A stretch of DNA of 55,409 bases from an uncultured Bacilli bacterium (GCA_947624085.1 CANQIK010000003.1:1-55409), one strand, 5' to 3'. Positions 34,078 through 44,424 are shown, numbered from the stretch's first letter. Made by a program: numbers and translations. Notes: generated by a model not told the origin, from the sequence alone.

Positions 34078-35319
34078 ATAATCATTTATTGCTACATCAT
34101 CGCCTGGCTGTGCCCCTAATGCTGCTAGTTCATCTTCAACACCCATAGCTCGTAAAATCCGGCCAAACCGTAATACACCCTCTTCTTCTTCAAATTTAGT
34201 CATATTAAAAAGTCGTTCAATCTTTTCACCTTTAATAACCCAGACATCATCTTCTTTAGTTATTGTATATGGTTTTTCTTCTTTAAATTTAATATAAACT
34301 AAATCTTCAACTTCATCAGGAGAATACATAGGACTATCATCACTTGCTTGAGCTTCATTTAAAGCTTTAAGTAAAGGTTCTATCCCGGTTCCTACGATGG
34401 AACTTATTTCATAAATTTCTTTATCAGGATAAGCTTTTTTAAATTTAGCTAAATTTTCTTTAGCTTCGGGCATATCCATTTTAGAGGCAGCAATTAATTC
34501 TTTTTTATTAGCTAATTTTTGCGAATATTTATTGATTTCATTACGCACAATTTCATAGTCTTTTATAGCACTATCACTTGACATATCAATCATATGAAGT
34601 AATACATGACACCTCATAGCGTGTTTTAAAAATTGGAAACCAAGGCCTACACCCTCACTAGCTCCTTCAATTAAACCAGGTAAATCGGCAACAACAAATG
34701 ATGAGCCATCTTGTAATTTAACAACACCTAAATTAGGCGCTAAAGTTGTAAAATGATATGCCGCGATTTTAGGTTTAGCACTACTTATAACGGATAAGAA
34801 AGTACTTTTACCAACACTTGGAAGACCTACAATACCAACATCGGCAAGCATTTTAAGTTCACATCTTAAATATCTTATTTGGCCTCTTTCACCTTTTTCA
34901 GAAAACTTAGGAGCTGGATTATCATGCGTAGCAAAAGCTTTATTACCTCGGCCTCCTCGACCACCTTGAGCGACAATAACTTTATCATCTTCATGAATTA
35001 TATCTTTTATTATCAAGTTAGTATCATCATCATATATTGTTGTTCCTAAAGGAACTTTAATAATAATATCTTCACTATTTTTGCCATATTTGTTTTGGCC
35101 TTTACCATTTTCACCTTTATGGCCTTTAATTATTTTGTTATATCGTAAATCAACTAAAGTTTTAAGCGATTTATCAGCCATAAAGATAACATTAGAGCCA
35201 CGACCACCATTGCCTCCATCAGGTCCACCCATTGGTACAAATTTCTCACGCCGAAATGAGGTACAACCCATACCACCATCACCAGCAATAACCTTTAATT
35301 TAACTTCATCAACAAACAT
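34057..35319 (-). CDS. obg: GTPase Obg
   Basis: It has the canonical MFVDEVKLKVIAGDGGMG start, the Gly-rich Obg fold, GLPSVGKST, DLPGLIEGA and a C-terminal TGS-like/OCT domain. The longer ORF start at 35355 was not used. Confidence 0.95.
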   Translation of the reverse strand: MFVDEVKLKVIAGDGGMGCTSFRREKFVPMGGPDGGNGGRGSNVIFMADKSLKTLVDLRYNKIIKGHKGENGKGQNKYGKNSEDIIIKVPLGTTIYDDDTNLIIKDIIHEDDKVIVAQGGRGGRGNKAFATHDNPAPKFSEKGERGQIRYLRCELKMLADVGIVGLPSVGKSTFLSVISSAKPKIAAYHFTTLAPNLGVVKLQDGSSFVVADLPGLIEGASEGVGLGFQFLKHAMRCHVLLHMIDMSSDSAIKDYEIVRNEINKYSQKLANKKELIAASKMDMPEAKENLAKFKKAYPDKEIYEISSIVGTGIEPLLKALNEAQASDDSPMYSPDEVEDLVYIKFKEEKPYTITKEDDVWVIKGEKIERLFNMTKFEEEEGVLRFGRILRAMGVEDELAALGAQPGDDVAINDYLFTYKG

Positions 35320-35458
35320 GACAATCACCGAACTTAATATATCATAAAAAGCCAAATAAAAAAAGAAGCTATAACACTTAGTTCATTTTGATTCCTATTT
35401 AATGAATACCAAGCCAGTACTTTTTATTTATAGCTTTAACTACTTATATTTTCTCTAT

Positions 35459-35481
35459 AAAAAAAGTAAGCCTTAGCTTAC
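35459..35481 (-). terminator. Terminator of the rplU-prp-rpmA operon
   Basis: The minus RNA reads GUAAGC-UAAG-GCUUAC followed by UUUUUUU. Confidence 0.6.
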
Positions 35482-35485
35482 CTAA

Positions 35486-35767
35486 TTATTCAGCATATAC
35501 ACTGACTTTTTTCTTATCTCTACCCATTCTTTCAAACTTTACTATACCATCAATTTTAGCAAATAAAGTATGATCTTTACCCATACCTACATTAGTACCA
35601 GGATAAATTTTAGTTCCTCTTTGACGATAAATTATGCTACCAGCAGTACATTTTTCGCCATCAGATAATTTAGCACCAAGTCTACGACCTGCAGAATCAC
35701 GATTATTTTTAGTAGAACCTTGAGCTTTAACGTGGGCAAAACGTTGAATATTAAATATATATAACAT
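35486..35767 (-). CDS. rpmA: 50S ribosomal protein L27 (with N-terminal Prp-cleaved propeptide)
   Basis: [11 protein letters not shown]|[20 protein letters not shown]... has the Firmicute-type N-terminal extension, consistent with the adjacent prp gene. Confidence 0.95.
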   Translation of the reverse strand: MLYIFNIQRFAHVKAQGSTKNNRDSAGRRLGAKLSDGEKCTAGSIIYRQRGTKIYPGTNVGMGKDHTLFAKIDGIVKFERMGRDKKKVSVYAE

Positions 35768-36063
35768 TACGCATTCTCCTTTACACTTAGATTTTTGGGA
35801 TAATCTTTAGCTACGGCTTTAAGCATTTCTAACATATTAGTAATTAGTTTTAATAAAGTTTCATCAGTCTTTTTTAGCTTAATTACCATCGTCTTACCAT
35901 CATCAGTTACTTCAATAGCAAGTGAATCGATACTAGCTATAGCATTAATAGTAGTATAAATAATGCTTGATACACTAGCACAAACAATATCTTTACCATA
36001 CTCCGCCATTCCAGAATGCCCTTTAACCGTAATTAAATTATTATCTTTACTAACTTTAATCAT
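35767..36063 (-). CDS. prp: Ribosomal-processing cysteine protease Prp
   Basis: 98 aa. ..[23 protein letters not shown].. carries the His/Cys dyad pattern. The gene lies between rplU and rpmA. Confidence 0.85.
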   Translation of the reverse strand: MIKVSKDNNLITVKGHSGMAEYGKDIVCASVSSIIYTTINAIASIDSLAIEVTDDGKTMVIKLKKTDETLLKLITNMLEMLKAVAKDYPKNLSVKENA

Positions 36064-36065
36064 TA

Positions 36066-36365
36066 TTAACCATTTATTTTCTTAATTTCCACTAAAGTAT
36101 ATGGTTGTCTATGTCCTTGAGTTTTACGATATTTCTTTTTAGGACGATATTTAAATACTTTAATCTTTTTAGCACGACCATTTTTAATAACTTCAGCTTC
36201 AATACTAGCACCCTTAACATAAGGATTACCAGCTTTACCACCTGCGAATAAAACTTCTTCAAATGTAACTTTACTACCAGCTTCGGCATTTAATTTTTCA
36301 ATATAAACGTGATCGCCCTCAGCTACATAATATTGTTTTCCACCGGTTTGAAAGATTGCTTTCAT
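36066..36365 (-). CDS. rplU: 50S ribosomal protein L21
   Basis: [25 protein letters not shown]... is typical L21. SD AAAGGAGG. Confidence 0.95.
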   Translation of the reverse strand: MKAIFQTGGKQYYVAEGDHVYIEKLNAEAGSKVTFEEVLFAGGKAGNPYVKGASIEAEVIKNGRAKKIKVFKYRPKKKYRKTQGHRQPYTLVEIKKING

Positions 36366-36389
36366 TTCTCTAACCTCCTTTAATTTTAT

Positions 36390-36453
36390 AAGTCACACCT
36401 TTAAGGTAAGTACTGCTACTTTTAAAACCTTTTTAGAGTGGATGAAATGACTT
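36390..36453 (-). promoter_or_regulatory. Possible L21-leader-type structured 5' UTR
   Basis: A 200-nt non-coding gap lies upstream of rplU. The sense strand has nested complementary arms AAGUCA...UGACUU, CCAC...GUG(U)G and AAGG...CCUU just 5' of the SD. Firmicutes carry an autoregulatory L21 leader at this position. I could not check this against a covariance model. Confidence 0.3.
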
Positions 36454-36567
36454 AAAGCGATTTAATAGTAACAAAAATAAGCATAAAAGTCAATTAAAAA
36501 ACACTTAATCCTTTATATTGAACTAAATGTTTATTTATATTATGCATAGTAAAACTAAAATATGTCT

Positions 36568-37008
36568 TTAATCTTTAGAGTCTAAAATAATTGTTATCGG
36601 CCCATCATTAGTTATACTTACAACCATATCAGCGCCAAAGATACCTGTTTCAACATGGGTATATTTTTTTAATTCTTCATTAAACTCATCATAGAGTTTT
36701 ACTGCTTCATCACCTTTTAAAGCTCTAAAATAGCTAGGACGATTTCCTTTATCACAATTTGCATAAAGAGTAAATTGGGAAACGGATAAAATATCTCCGT
36801 GGGTATCAAGTAATGATAAATTCATAACACCGTTTTCATCATCAAATATTCTTAAATTACAAATTTTTTTAGCCATATACTCTATTTGCTTTAGACTATC
36901 CCCTTCTTCAAAACAGGAAAAAACTACTAAGCCTTTAGATATTTGCCCTGTAATTTTATTTGCCACTTCAACTTTACTATTTTTACTTCTTTGAATTAAT
37001 ACTCTCAT
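36568..37008 (-). CDS. dtd: D-aminoacyl-tRNA deacylase
   Basis: 146 aa with SQFTLYA and GPITIILDS motifs. It overlaps the relA stop by 4 nt. Confidence 0.9.
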   Translation of the reverse strand: MRVLIQRSKNSKVEVANKITGQISKGLVVFSCFEEGDSLKQIEYMAKKICNLRIFDDENGVMNLSLLDTHGDILSVSQFTLYANCDKGNRPSYFRALKGDEAVKLYDEFNEELKKYTHVETGIFGADMVVSITNDGPITIILDSKD

Positions 37009-39101
37009 TTACGCCGAGCTCCTTTAACATACCTAATTTTGGTAAGACTAGTAACGATCTTATCTAATTCTTCTTTATCTTTAACGGATACACTTATTTC
37101 AAAAGTACCTTTAGTTTTTTCATTAATACTTAATACTTTAACTCCCGAAGTTGTTAATGCTAAAACTACTTCATCTATTTTTTCACTAGTAGCATTAAAT
37201 ATAATATAGGAACTATAGCTAGATTCAGCTTCATAATTCCAAGAAACTTCCACTTCCCGGTCTTCATAGCCTTTTAAATTTGGACAATTATCGCGGTGCA
37301 CGGCAATACCATCGGTTTTAGTTATAACTCCTTTAATATCATCCCCTTTAACAGGTAAACAACATTTAGCTAAATGCGTTTGAATTGATTTTTCCCCCTC
37401 GATTAAGATATCAAAATCATTGCCAGTATGTTTAATAACCCGTGATTTTACAACCATACTATCTTCAAGATTAGTGCCTAGAATAACACTAATAATATAG
37501 TAAGCGGTATAACGAAAGGACCCAATAGCTAAATAAATATCCTCAAGGTCTTTTAATTTAACTTGGTTACAAACTTTATTTATATTTTCTTCACTTAGTA
37601 ATTCCCCTATAGCAAGTTTTCTTTTTCGAGCTTCTTTTTCAAATAATGATTTGCCCCGTTCAATATAATTTTCCCGATCTTTTTTCGAAAAATAAGATTT
37701 AATTTTATCTCTAGCTTGTGCAGTCTTAACAGCACTTAACCAATCTTTATTAGGTTTACCATTCGGACTAGTCATTACTTTAACAACATCATTATCATGA
37801 AGACTGCTGGTAATTGGAACCATTTGGTCATTAACAATAGCTCCCACCATTTTATCGCCCACTTCACTATGAATACGATAAGCAAAATCAATAGGCGTTG
37901 CCCCTTGAGGAAGCTCTACAACATCACCTTTAGGCGTAAAAACATATATTAAATCTGATAAGATATTATTATCAATTAAACTAGTAAATTCTTTATCTTC
38001 ACTTTGTTCATTACTTTCAATCATGGAACGATATAATTCTAGTTTTTGTTCCATCATAGATTGAACTCTTTTTGTTCCTTTTTCTTTATATGACCAATGG
38101 GAAGCAATACCTTTTTCGGCAATCTCATCCATTTCATAAGTTCTTATTTGCACTTCATAGTATTTACCCCCAGGACCAATAACGGTTGTATGTAAAGATT
38201 GATACATATTTTCTTTAGGAATAGCAATATAATCTTTAAAACGATTAGGTACAGGGCGATATTTGGAATGAATTAATCCTACTACGGCATAACATTCACT
38301 TTCTTTTTCCACAAAAACTCTAAGGGCTAAAATATCATAAATATCTTCCCATTTCTTACCATTTTGAAGTTTATTATAAATGCTATAGACGCTTTTAACT
38401 CTACCCTTTATCTCAAAATTAATACCATTATTTGTCAAGATAGTCGAGATACTATTTTTCATTTCTTTTAAGAAATCATCTAGTTCAATAGTTGTATTAT
38501 TTAGTTTTTCTAAAATATCATTATAAACATTAGGTTTTTGATAATAAAGGCATAAGTTTTCTAATTCCCCTTTTATAGCATAAATACCTAAACGATGGGC
38601 AATGGGTACTAAAACTCGTAATGTTTCACTAGCTACTTTCTTTTGGTGTTCGGGAGTAAAACAATCCATAGTACGCATATTATGAAGACGGTCGGCTAAT
38701 TTAATGAATAAAACTCTAACATCTGTACAAAGCCCTACCATTACTTTTCTAAGATATAAGGCACTACTATCGGAATCATCCACCATTTCTAGTTTATTAA
38801 TCATTGATACTGAAGTAATAATATTTAAGACATCTTCGCCAAAAAGTTCTTTAATCTCATCGGCTAAAGTCTCATCTACATCAATCATTTCATGCAAAAG
38901 CCCACTTATAAGGGTGGTTGTATCAACATTTAAGCTACCTAAAATATCGGCTACTGCTAAAGCATGATTTATTTGTAAATCACCATTTTTTCTTCTTCTA
39001 TCACCAAGATGAGCATTAGCATAGTCATAAGCTTTTTTAATAACTGCTCTATCATTTTCCTCATTTACTTTTTGCAAGATATCATCAATTGTCAAAATCA
39101 C
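37005..39101 (-). CDS. relA: Long RSH (p)ppGpp synthetase/hydrolase (RelA/SpoT homologue)
   Basis: 698 aa with an HD domain (ADRLHNMRT), synthetase motifs (RVKSVYSIYNKL, DILALRV, YEVQIRT), and TGS and ACT domains. Confidence 0.9.
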   Translation of the reverse strand: MILTIDDILQKVNEENDRAVIKKAYDYANAHLGDRRRKNGDLQINHALAVADILGSLNVDTTTLISGLLHEMIDVDETLADEIKELFGEDVLNIITSVSMINKLEMVDDSDSSALYLRKVMVGLCTDVRVLFIKLADRLHNMRTMDCFTPEHQKKVASETLRVLVPIAHRLGIYAIKGELENLCLYYQKPNVYNDILEKLNNTTIELDDFLKEMKNSISTILTNNGINFEIKGRVKSVYSIYNKLQNGKKWEDIYDILALRVFVEKESECYAVVGLIHSKYRPVPNRFKDYIAIPKENMYQSLHTTVIGPGGKYYEVQIRTYEMDEIAEKGIASHWSYKEKGTKRVQSMMEQKLELYRSMIESNEQSEDKEFTSLIDNNILSDLIYVFTPKGDVVELPQGATPIDFAYRIHSEVGDKMVGAIVNDQMVPITSSLHDNDVVKVMTSPNGKPNKDWLSAVKTAQARDKIKSYFSKKDRENYIERGKSLFEKEARKRKLAIGELLSEENINKVCNQVKLKDLEDIYLAIGSFRYTAYYIISVILGTNLEDSMVVKSRVIKHTGNDFDILIEGEKSIQTHLAKCCLPVKGDDIKGVITKTDGIAVHRDNCPNLKGYEDREVEVSWNYEAESSYSSYIIFNATSEKIDEVVLALTTSGVKVLSINEKTKGTFEISVSVKDKEELDKIVTSLTKIRYVKGARRK

Positions 39102-39343
39102 ACCTTCTTTTTTCGTAAATATTTTATTATATCTTCTTCTTTTAACTGCATAATATCACTTACCATATCACACAAATTTAATTTTTCTTTACCATCCCAT
39201 TTATTTTCTTTTAATAGTTGCCATATATCAAACTCGGTTACCTCTATCTTTTGTTTTACCATCTCTTCTTTACGGGTATTAAGAGCAGGATATAATCTTT
39301 TATATAATTCATTTAATGACTTAAATTTAATTTCTTTATTCAT
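39098..39343 (-). CDS. ComN/YrzD-like post-transcriptional regulator
   Basis: 81 aa containing ..EVTEFDIWQLLKENKW.. It is divergent from a spoVB-like gene, matching B. subtilis spoVB-comN synteny. Confidence 0.5.
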   Translation of the reverse strand: MNKEIKFKSLNELYKRLYPALNTRKEEMVKQKIEVTEFDIWQLLKENKWDGKEKLNLCDMVSDIMQLKEEDIIKYLRKKKV

Positions 39344-39444
39344 AAGTATATTATACTTTAATTATCTTATTAAGTCATCATTTTTAAATAAAATAATTTT
39401 TTATCTAAGGCATACTTTCTTTTATCTTTAATATAAATTTATTA

Positions 39445-40746
39445 ATGAAAATGTTCAAGAACAAATTTCTAACATCTACTTTAATTCTTATCATAAGTGG
39501 TATGTCTACTAAACTTTTGGGTATGATAATTAAAATAATCTTTACACGAATTGTGGGGAGTAAAGCAATTAGTCTATATACTATTGTAATGCCTACTTAT
39601 TCGCTTTTTTTAACGATTGCTTCATTTGCCATGCCAACTACTATATCGAAATTAATCTCGGAAAAAGAGGATGTTAAAGTTATTAATACGGCGAGTATCA
39701 TTATTATTCTTTTAAATCTTTTAATAATTATTATTGTGCATTTAACAGCGCCTTTTATTGCTAATACTTTATTAAAAGAACCTAATTGTTATCCTTTATT
39801 AATTGCCATGAGTTATACTTTTCCTTTTGCCTCAATTGCTTGCATTTTAAAAGGTTATTTTTATGGCAAACAAAAAATGGCTCCCCATGCTTTATCAAAT
39901 ACAGCCGAGCAAATTGTAAGACTTGTTCTAGTTTTAACTATTATGCCTACTTTAGCTAAAAAAGGATATGTTTATGCCGCCTGTGGACTTATTTTTACCT
40001 CTTTTTTTACCGAGCTTACTTCCATTATTGTTTTTTTAATATGCATGAATAAAAAAGATTTAATTGATATTACCAAAATTAATTATAATAAAATTGACGC
40101 CAAAGATATATTTGGTTTATCAGTTCCGACTGTTACTAGTCGAATTGTAGGTAATATATGTTATTTTTTAGAGCCAATTGTTTTAACTAATACTTTATTA
40201 TATGTAGGTTATAGTTCAGAATATATTCTTTTAGAATATGGTTCTTATAATGCTTTTGCAGTTGCCACACTTACGATTCCCTCTTTTTTCATCACGGCTA
40301 TATCGATGGCTTTAATACCAGAAATATCTAAATATCTTGCCAAACATAATCATAAATTAGTCAAAAAAAGACTTAAAGAAGCATTTATTTTTGCCCTTAT
40401 TATCGGTATTGGCTTTACAAGTGTAATATATTTATTCCGTTATCCATTATTATCATTTCTTTATAATGATGTATCCGCGGCTAATTATATTAAATATTTA
40501 TCGCCCTTTTTTATCCTCTTTTATTTAGAAGCTATCTTTTCTTCCTTTATGCAAGCTATTAATAAAAATAAAGTTACGTTAAAAATCACTATTATCGGTA
40601 GTGTTATTAAACTAGTTAGTATCTTTATTTTCGCTTTTTTAAATATTGGCGTTTATTGTCTTTTAATTGCCGAAATTCTTAATATCATCATTGTTGTTTT
40701 ATTAAATTATCTTTATACCAAAAAATATCTTAATTCTTTGGGTTAG
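39445..40746 (+). CDS. MOP-superfamily flippase (SpoVB / MurJ-like polysaccharide biosynthesis protein)
   Basis: 433 aa with ~12-14 TM segments. The N-terminal ...ILIISGMSTKLLGMIIKIIFTRIVG is typical of the SpoVB/MurJ family. Confidence 0.75.
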   Translation: MKMFKNKFLTSTLILIISGMSTKLLGMIIKIIFTRIVGSKAISLYTIVMPTYSLFLTIASFAMPTTISKLISEKEDVKVINTASIIIILLNLLIIIIVHLTAPFIANTLLKEPNCYPLLIAMSYTFPFASIACILKGYFYGKQKMAPHALSNTAEQIVRLVLVLTIMPTLAKKGYVYAACGLIFTSFFTELTSIIVFLICMNKKDLIDITKINYNKIDAKDIFGLSVPTVTSRIVGNICYFLEPIVLTNTLLYVGYSSEYILLEYGSYNAFAVATLTIPSFFITAISMALIPEISKYLAKHNHKLVKKRLKEAFIFALIIGIGFTSVIYLFRYPLLSFLYNDVSAANYIKYLSPFFILFYLEAIFSSFMQAINKNKVTLKITIIGSVIKLVSIFIFAFLNIGVYCLLIAEILNIIIVVLLNYLYTKKYLNSLG

Positions 40747-41452
40747 TTCTTTTTCTTACCATCGGTAAATCATAATGCTCACAAGCTTTGGCCAAAATTT
40801 CATTTGTAATGTCTTGAAGGACTTTTTCGGAAAAAGCTGGATTTTCGATTTTACTTGCTACCACATCATAAAAAGCTCCTAAAAATAGTAAATCATCTTC
40901 ATAGCCTTTATAAGCCACATCTTTTACATAATTTACTAAATTAGTAATATCTTCTTCAAGAGTTGTATCAATTTGGATATAACTAAAATCTTGTTCGGGG
41001 GCAGAATCTGTTGAATCTTCCACCAAATCATCTAGCTTTTTACTTTCTTCAATATCTTCAAATTGTGCATCAATTATTAGTTTTCCGTCTTTCGTATATT
41101 CTCTTTTATTATTTAGGGAAGCATTTTTATTTGATTTTAAATAATTTTCAAGATCACTAATTAAATCATCATAATTTTCATACTCATTAGTATACTGTAA
41201 AGCTAATATTTCTGCGTCTTTTTGGACTGATTTTCTTATTACTACTAGTTGCATGGTAAAAGAAACTAATTTAAATAGGTTCCAACAACCCAATATTTTA
41301 TAAAGAATTCCAATTAGCCCCGTGCAAAAAGAACTAGCAAAAACCAAAAAGATTCCCGTAGCTAAATAGCATTTAAAATTACCTAAAAGTATGCGATAAT
41401 GAGTGTTATCTTTTAATATACATTTTTTAATTAACTTAATTACCCTTTTCAT
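40730..41452 (-). CDS. Hypothetical membrane protein with acidic C-terminal domain
   Basis: 240 aa with two TM helices near the N-terminus. No family recognised. It overlaps the spoVB-like gene convergently by 17 nt. Confidence 0.45.
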   Translation of the reverse strand: MKRVIKLIKKCILKDNTHYRILLGNFKCYLATGIFLVFASSFCTGLIGILYKILGCWNLFKLVSFTMQLVVIRKSVQKDAEILALQYTNEYENYDDLISDLENYLKSNKNASLNNKREYTKDGKLIIDAQFEDIEESKKLDDLVEDSTDSAPEQDFSYIQIDTTLEEDITNLVNYVKDVAYKGYEDDLLFLGAFYDVVASKIENPAFSEKVLQDITNEILAKACEHYDLPMVRKRTNPKN

Positions 41453-41523
41453 AAAATATTTCTCTCTTTGTTAAGCGGTATTATAGCATAAAACGCAAAG
41501 ATAACAAGTCTTAGTTGACCATT

Positions 41524-42681
41524 TTATAATTTAGCAATTTCTTTTTGAAGCTTAGTTGATTTGTTTTCAATAGATATCCGGATAACAAAGAAAGCAAGGA
41601 CAATTGCATTAAGGGTAAAGCTACCACCATAAGATAAAAATGGCAAAGTAACACCTGTTAAAGGCATTAAGCCAAGAACGCCAAATAAATTAACGATGAT
41701 ATGGATGGCAAAGTACCAAAATGTTCCATAGGCAATAGTTCGATTACGTACATTATCCGCTTCCCGTGCAACTTTGTTAATGCGATATAGCATGAAGAAA
41801 TAGCCTAAAATAACGATAATACCTGTGATAAGGCCAAGTTCTTCACAAATAATAGGAAAAATAAAGTCAGTATGGCTTTCAGGTAAATACATATATTTTT
41901 GGGTACTTTTACCTAAGCCAACGCCAAATAAGCCTCCATTTGAAATGGCAATAAAACCATTACATACTTGGTAACCTGAACCCTCATCTTCATAATATTT
42001 CTCACAAGGTTTTTGAAAGTCAAGGCGGTTACCAGCCTCACCCGAAGTAATAGAACTCCAATTCATAGCAACACCAAAACCTACAATTAAAGCAATGACT
42101 AAACCGGTCTTTAAGACATGGCCAAAATTACTAATAACTCTTGGTACTGATAAAAAGGTTAAACCGACAATCATTAAAAAGATTAAAGCTCCGCCTTTAT
42201 CAGGTTGTTTAAAAATCAAAAAAGCGATGATAACAGCTATTGCCAAAGGTATATAATATAAATTAAATAAACTTTTTTTAACTCTAGCAATATTATTATA
42301 ATAGTAACCCATAGCAATAATAACAATACTTTTGGCAAATTCGGCAGGTTGGATACTAAAAGGGCCTATTCTAAACCAGCTACGAGCATTACCAGATATA
42401 TGACCATAAATGGGAACATAAATAAGAGCTATAATAACGGCTATTAATAAAAGATAGGCAATTAATTTCCATTTACGGGTAGGAAATATAAGAATAATTA
42501 TGGAAGCGACAAAACTTACAACTAGAGTTATTAATTGATGCCAAAAGAAATAAGATGATGTATAGTCATATCTTAAAATAGTTGAAACAGTTGAAGCTGA
42601 AAAAATCATAACAAGCCCAAACGAACAAAAAGCAATAACTGTAAAAAGTAACCATTTATCTGCATTTCTTAAGACTTTCAT
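41524..42681 (-). CDS. SEDS-family peptidoglycan glycosyltransferase (FtsW/RodA/SpoVE)
   Basis: 385 aa, polytopic, with the PESHTDFIF motif and LPFLSYGGS. Confidence 0.9.
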   Translation of the reverse strand: MKVLRNADKWLLFTVIAFCSFGLVMIFSASTVSTILRYDYTSSYFFWHQLITLVVSFVASIIILIFPTRKWKLIAYLLLIAVIIALIYVPIYGHISGNARSWFRIGPFSIQPAEFAKSIVIIAMGYYYNNIARVKKSLFNLYYIPLAIAVIIAFLIFKQPDKGGALIFLMIVGLTFLSVPRVISNFGHVLKTGLVIALIVGFGVAMNWSSITSGEAGNRLDFQKPCEKYYEDEGSGYQVCNGFIAISNGGLFGVGLGKSTQKYMYLPESHTDFIFPIICEELGLITGIIVILGYFFMLYRINKVAREADNVRNRTIAYGTFWYFAIHIIVNLFGVLGLMPLTGVTLPFLSYGGSFTLNAIVLAFFVIRISIENKSTKLQKEIAKL

Positions 42682-42804
42682 ACCCTATCCTTCTTTATTA
42701 TAATTTTAGCATTATAAAACATAATTTACAATAAATGAGTATTTATGAGTGTCAAAATAAAATTTTTCGCTTATCTTATAGTAGATACATAAAGGAGGTT
42801 TAAA

Positions 42805-42990
42805 ATGTATTATTACGGAAATAACGGCTATTATGGTGGTAATGGCTCATATTCTCCTTGTTGTGGTGGCACTTACGGTGGATATACATCAGGCTATGGC
42901 ATTGGTGCGGCAATATGGATAGTATTATTTATCCTACTTGTAATTATCATCGGCGCATGGGGATTTGGTACTAACCAAAATAATAATTAA
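42805..42990 (+). CDS. YjcZ-like tiny Gly/Tyr-rich membrane (sporulation) protein
   Basis: 61 aa. MYYYGNNGYYGGNGSY..GGTYGGYTSGYGIGAAIWIVLFILLVIIIGA matches the 'tiny TM bacillus' / YjcZ pattern. Strong SD AAAGGAGG. Confidence 0.6.
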   Translation: MYYYGNNGYYGGNGSYSPCCGGTYGGYTSGYGIGAAIWIVLFILLVIIIGAWGFGTNQNNN

Positions 42991-43060
42991 CAAAACCTGA
43001 GTAAGCATTTGCTTACTCATTTATTTTTTGATACAATAGCTTATGAAAAAGGCGGTTAAT

Positions 43061-43615
43061 ATGGAAGTACCAAAAATAAAAGTATTGGATGAAAAGGAAA
43101 AAATATTAAGAACAGTTTCTAAAGAAGTTACTTTTCCTTTATCGGAAAAAGATAAAAAATTAATATATGATAGTATAAAATTTTTAGAGTTATCTCAAGA
43201 TGATGAAGTTGCCCAAAAGTATCATTTAAGACCTGGCATGGGGCTTGCCTTTGTCCAAATGGGCATTCCTAAAAGAATTTTTGTGATAGCTAATAAAGAT
43301 GAAGATACTGGCAAATTTGAAACACATATAGTTATTAATCCGGAAATTATTTCCCAAAGTGAAGAATTAATTTATGTTGGCGAAGGTGAAGGTTGCTTAT
43401 CGGTTAATCGCTGTGTTGAAGGCATTGTACCAAGGTATGCTCGCGTTACTGTCAAATATAATGATATTGAGGGTAATTTACAAACAATAAGAGTAAGAGA
43501 AGAAATCGCAATTGCATTTCAACATGAAATAGATCATCTAAATGGGATTTTATTTGTTGATAGAATAGATAAAAAAGACCCTTATAAAAATAAGGACCAA
43601 ATGCGGGAATTATAA
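43061..43615 (+). CDS. def: Peptide deformylase
   Basis: It has the GMGLAFVQ, EGCLS and HEIDH motifs. I chose the start at MEVPKIK (SD AAGGCGG) because TGATACAAT at 43029-43037 looks like the promoter -10. The ORF-track start is 43043. Confidence 0.9.
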   Translation: MEVPKIKVLDEKEKILRTVSKEVTFPLSEKDKKLIYDSIKFLELSQDDEVAQKYHLRPGMGLAFVQMGIPKRIFVIANKDEDTGKFETHIVINPEIISQSEELIYVGEGEGCLSVNRCVEGIVPRYARVTVKYNDIEGNLQTIRVREEIAIAFQHEIDHLNGILFVDRIDKKDPYKNKDQMREL

Positions 43616-43617
43616 AA

Positions 43618-43646
43618 AACACTATTAAATAGATAGTGTTTTTTTG
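43618..43646 (+). terminator. def terminator
   Basis: AACACUAU-UAAAUAG-AUAGUGUU followed by UUUUUU. Confidence 0.7.
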
Positions 43647-43682
43647 TGCCTCACTTGACATAGTTTTAACAGCAAATCATAT

Positions 43683-43704
43683 AAAAAGAGTGAAATTTTC
43701 ACTC
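43683..43704 (-). terminator. Terminator after 43727-44344
   Basis: The minus RNA reads GAGUGAA-AAU-UUCACUC followed by UUUUU. Confidence 0.6.
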
Positions 43705-43726
43705 CTAATAAGATTTCATAATTTAC

Positions 43727-44344
43727 TTAAGATTTTTTGACATAAACAAATTCACAAACACCTGGTCCCTTAAATGATGCTTGACCGTTTTCATTTATAG
43801 TTGGTCTTTCTGTAGTAGTGTTTAAACTTAAACAGTCAGATAATTCCGGGCTAAACGTATAACCAGTAGTGATAGAAGTAGACGTTTTAGCTTGAAATGT
43901 TTTGCCATTATCATTGCTAATGTAAACTTTAGAAGATAAATCATCTGTAGATGTTATTTTATCAAAATAGGCTGAGCAGCTACCTATTTGTCCATAAGAT
44001 AATGTAAGAACACTGTTATCAACAGCTGCAAAATAGCTACCATTATCACAGCTACTTTTTTCAGGGTTAAATATATATCCAGTAGGGACGGCTTGATTTT
44101 TAGATTCAGCATAACTATTTACAGGAGTACTGCCTTGTAATTCTTGTAAATAAATTCTTACGCGAATATCGGAAGTTTCAATATTGGCAGTACCGGTAAT
44201 AACTAAATTAGTATTTGTAGTTGTGTAAAAAGCATATGAGAAATATGCAACAGCAGAAAGTAATAGCACAACTAAAAGAACCATACCAAGTGTGATATAA
44301 CTTTTTTTGTTAGGCACTACCTTATTACGAAACCATTCCTTCAT
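43727..44344 (-). CDS. Secreted ~205-aa protein with TasA/camelysin-like N-terminal signal (solitary copy)
   Basis: 205 aa. N-terminus ...VVLLLSAVAYFSYAFYTTTNTNLVITGTANIE has the same signal style and size as the 30562-32560 proteins. It has its own TATAAT promoter and is flanked by terminators. Confidence 0.7.
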   Translation of the reverse strand: MKEWFRNKVVPNKKSYITLGMVLLVVLLLSAVAYFSYAFYTTTNTNLVITGTANIETSDIRVRIYLQELQGSTPVNSYAESKNQAVPTGYIFNPEKSSCDNGSYFAAVDNSVLTLSYGQIGSCSAYFDKITSTDDLSSKVYISNDNGKTFQAKTSTSITTGYTFSPELSDCLSLNTTTERPTINENGQASFKGPGVCEFVYVKKS

Positions 44345-44385
44345 ATTGTTTTACCTCAGTATTATAATAACATATTATTTTAAAT

Positions 44386-44409
44386 AAAAAAAGGGGTTTT
44401 GCATCCCCT
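44386..44409 (-). terminator. Terminator of the folD-glyA-thyX-tmk operon
   Basis: The minus RNA reads AGGGG-AUGCAAAA-CCCCU followed by UUUUUUU. Confidence 0.65.
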
Positions 44410-44424
44410 AGTGTCGAATTATAG

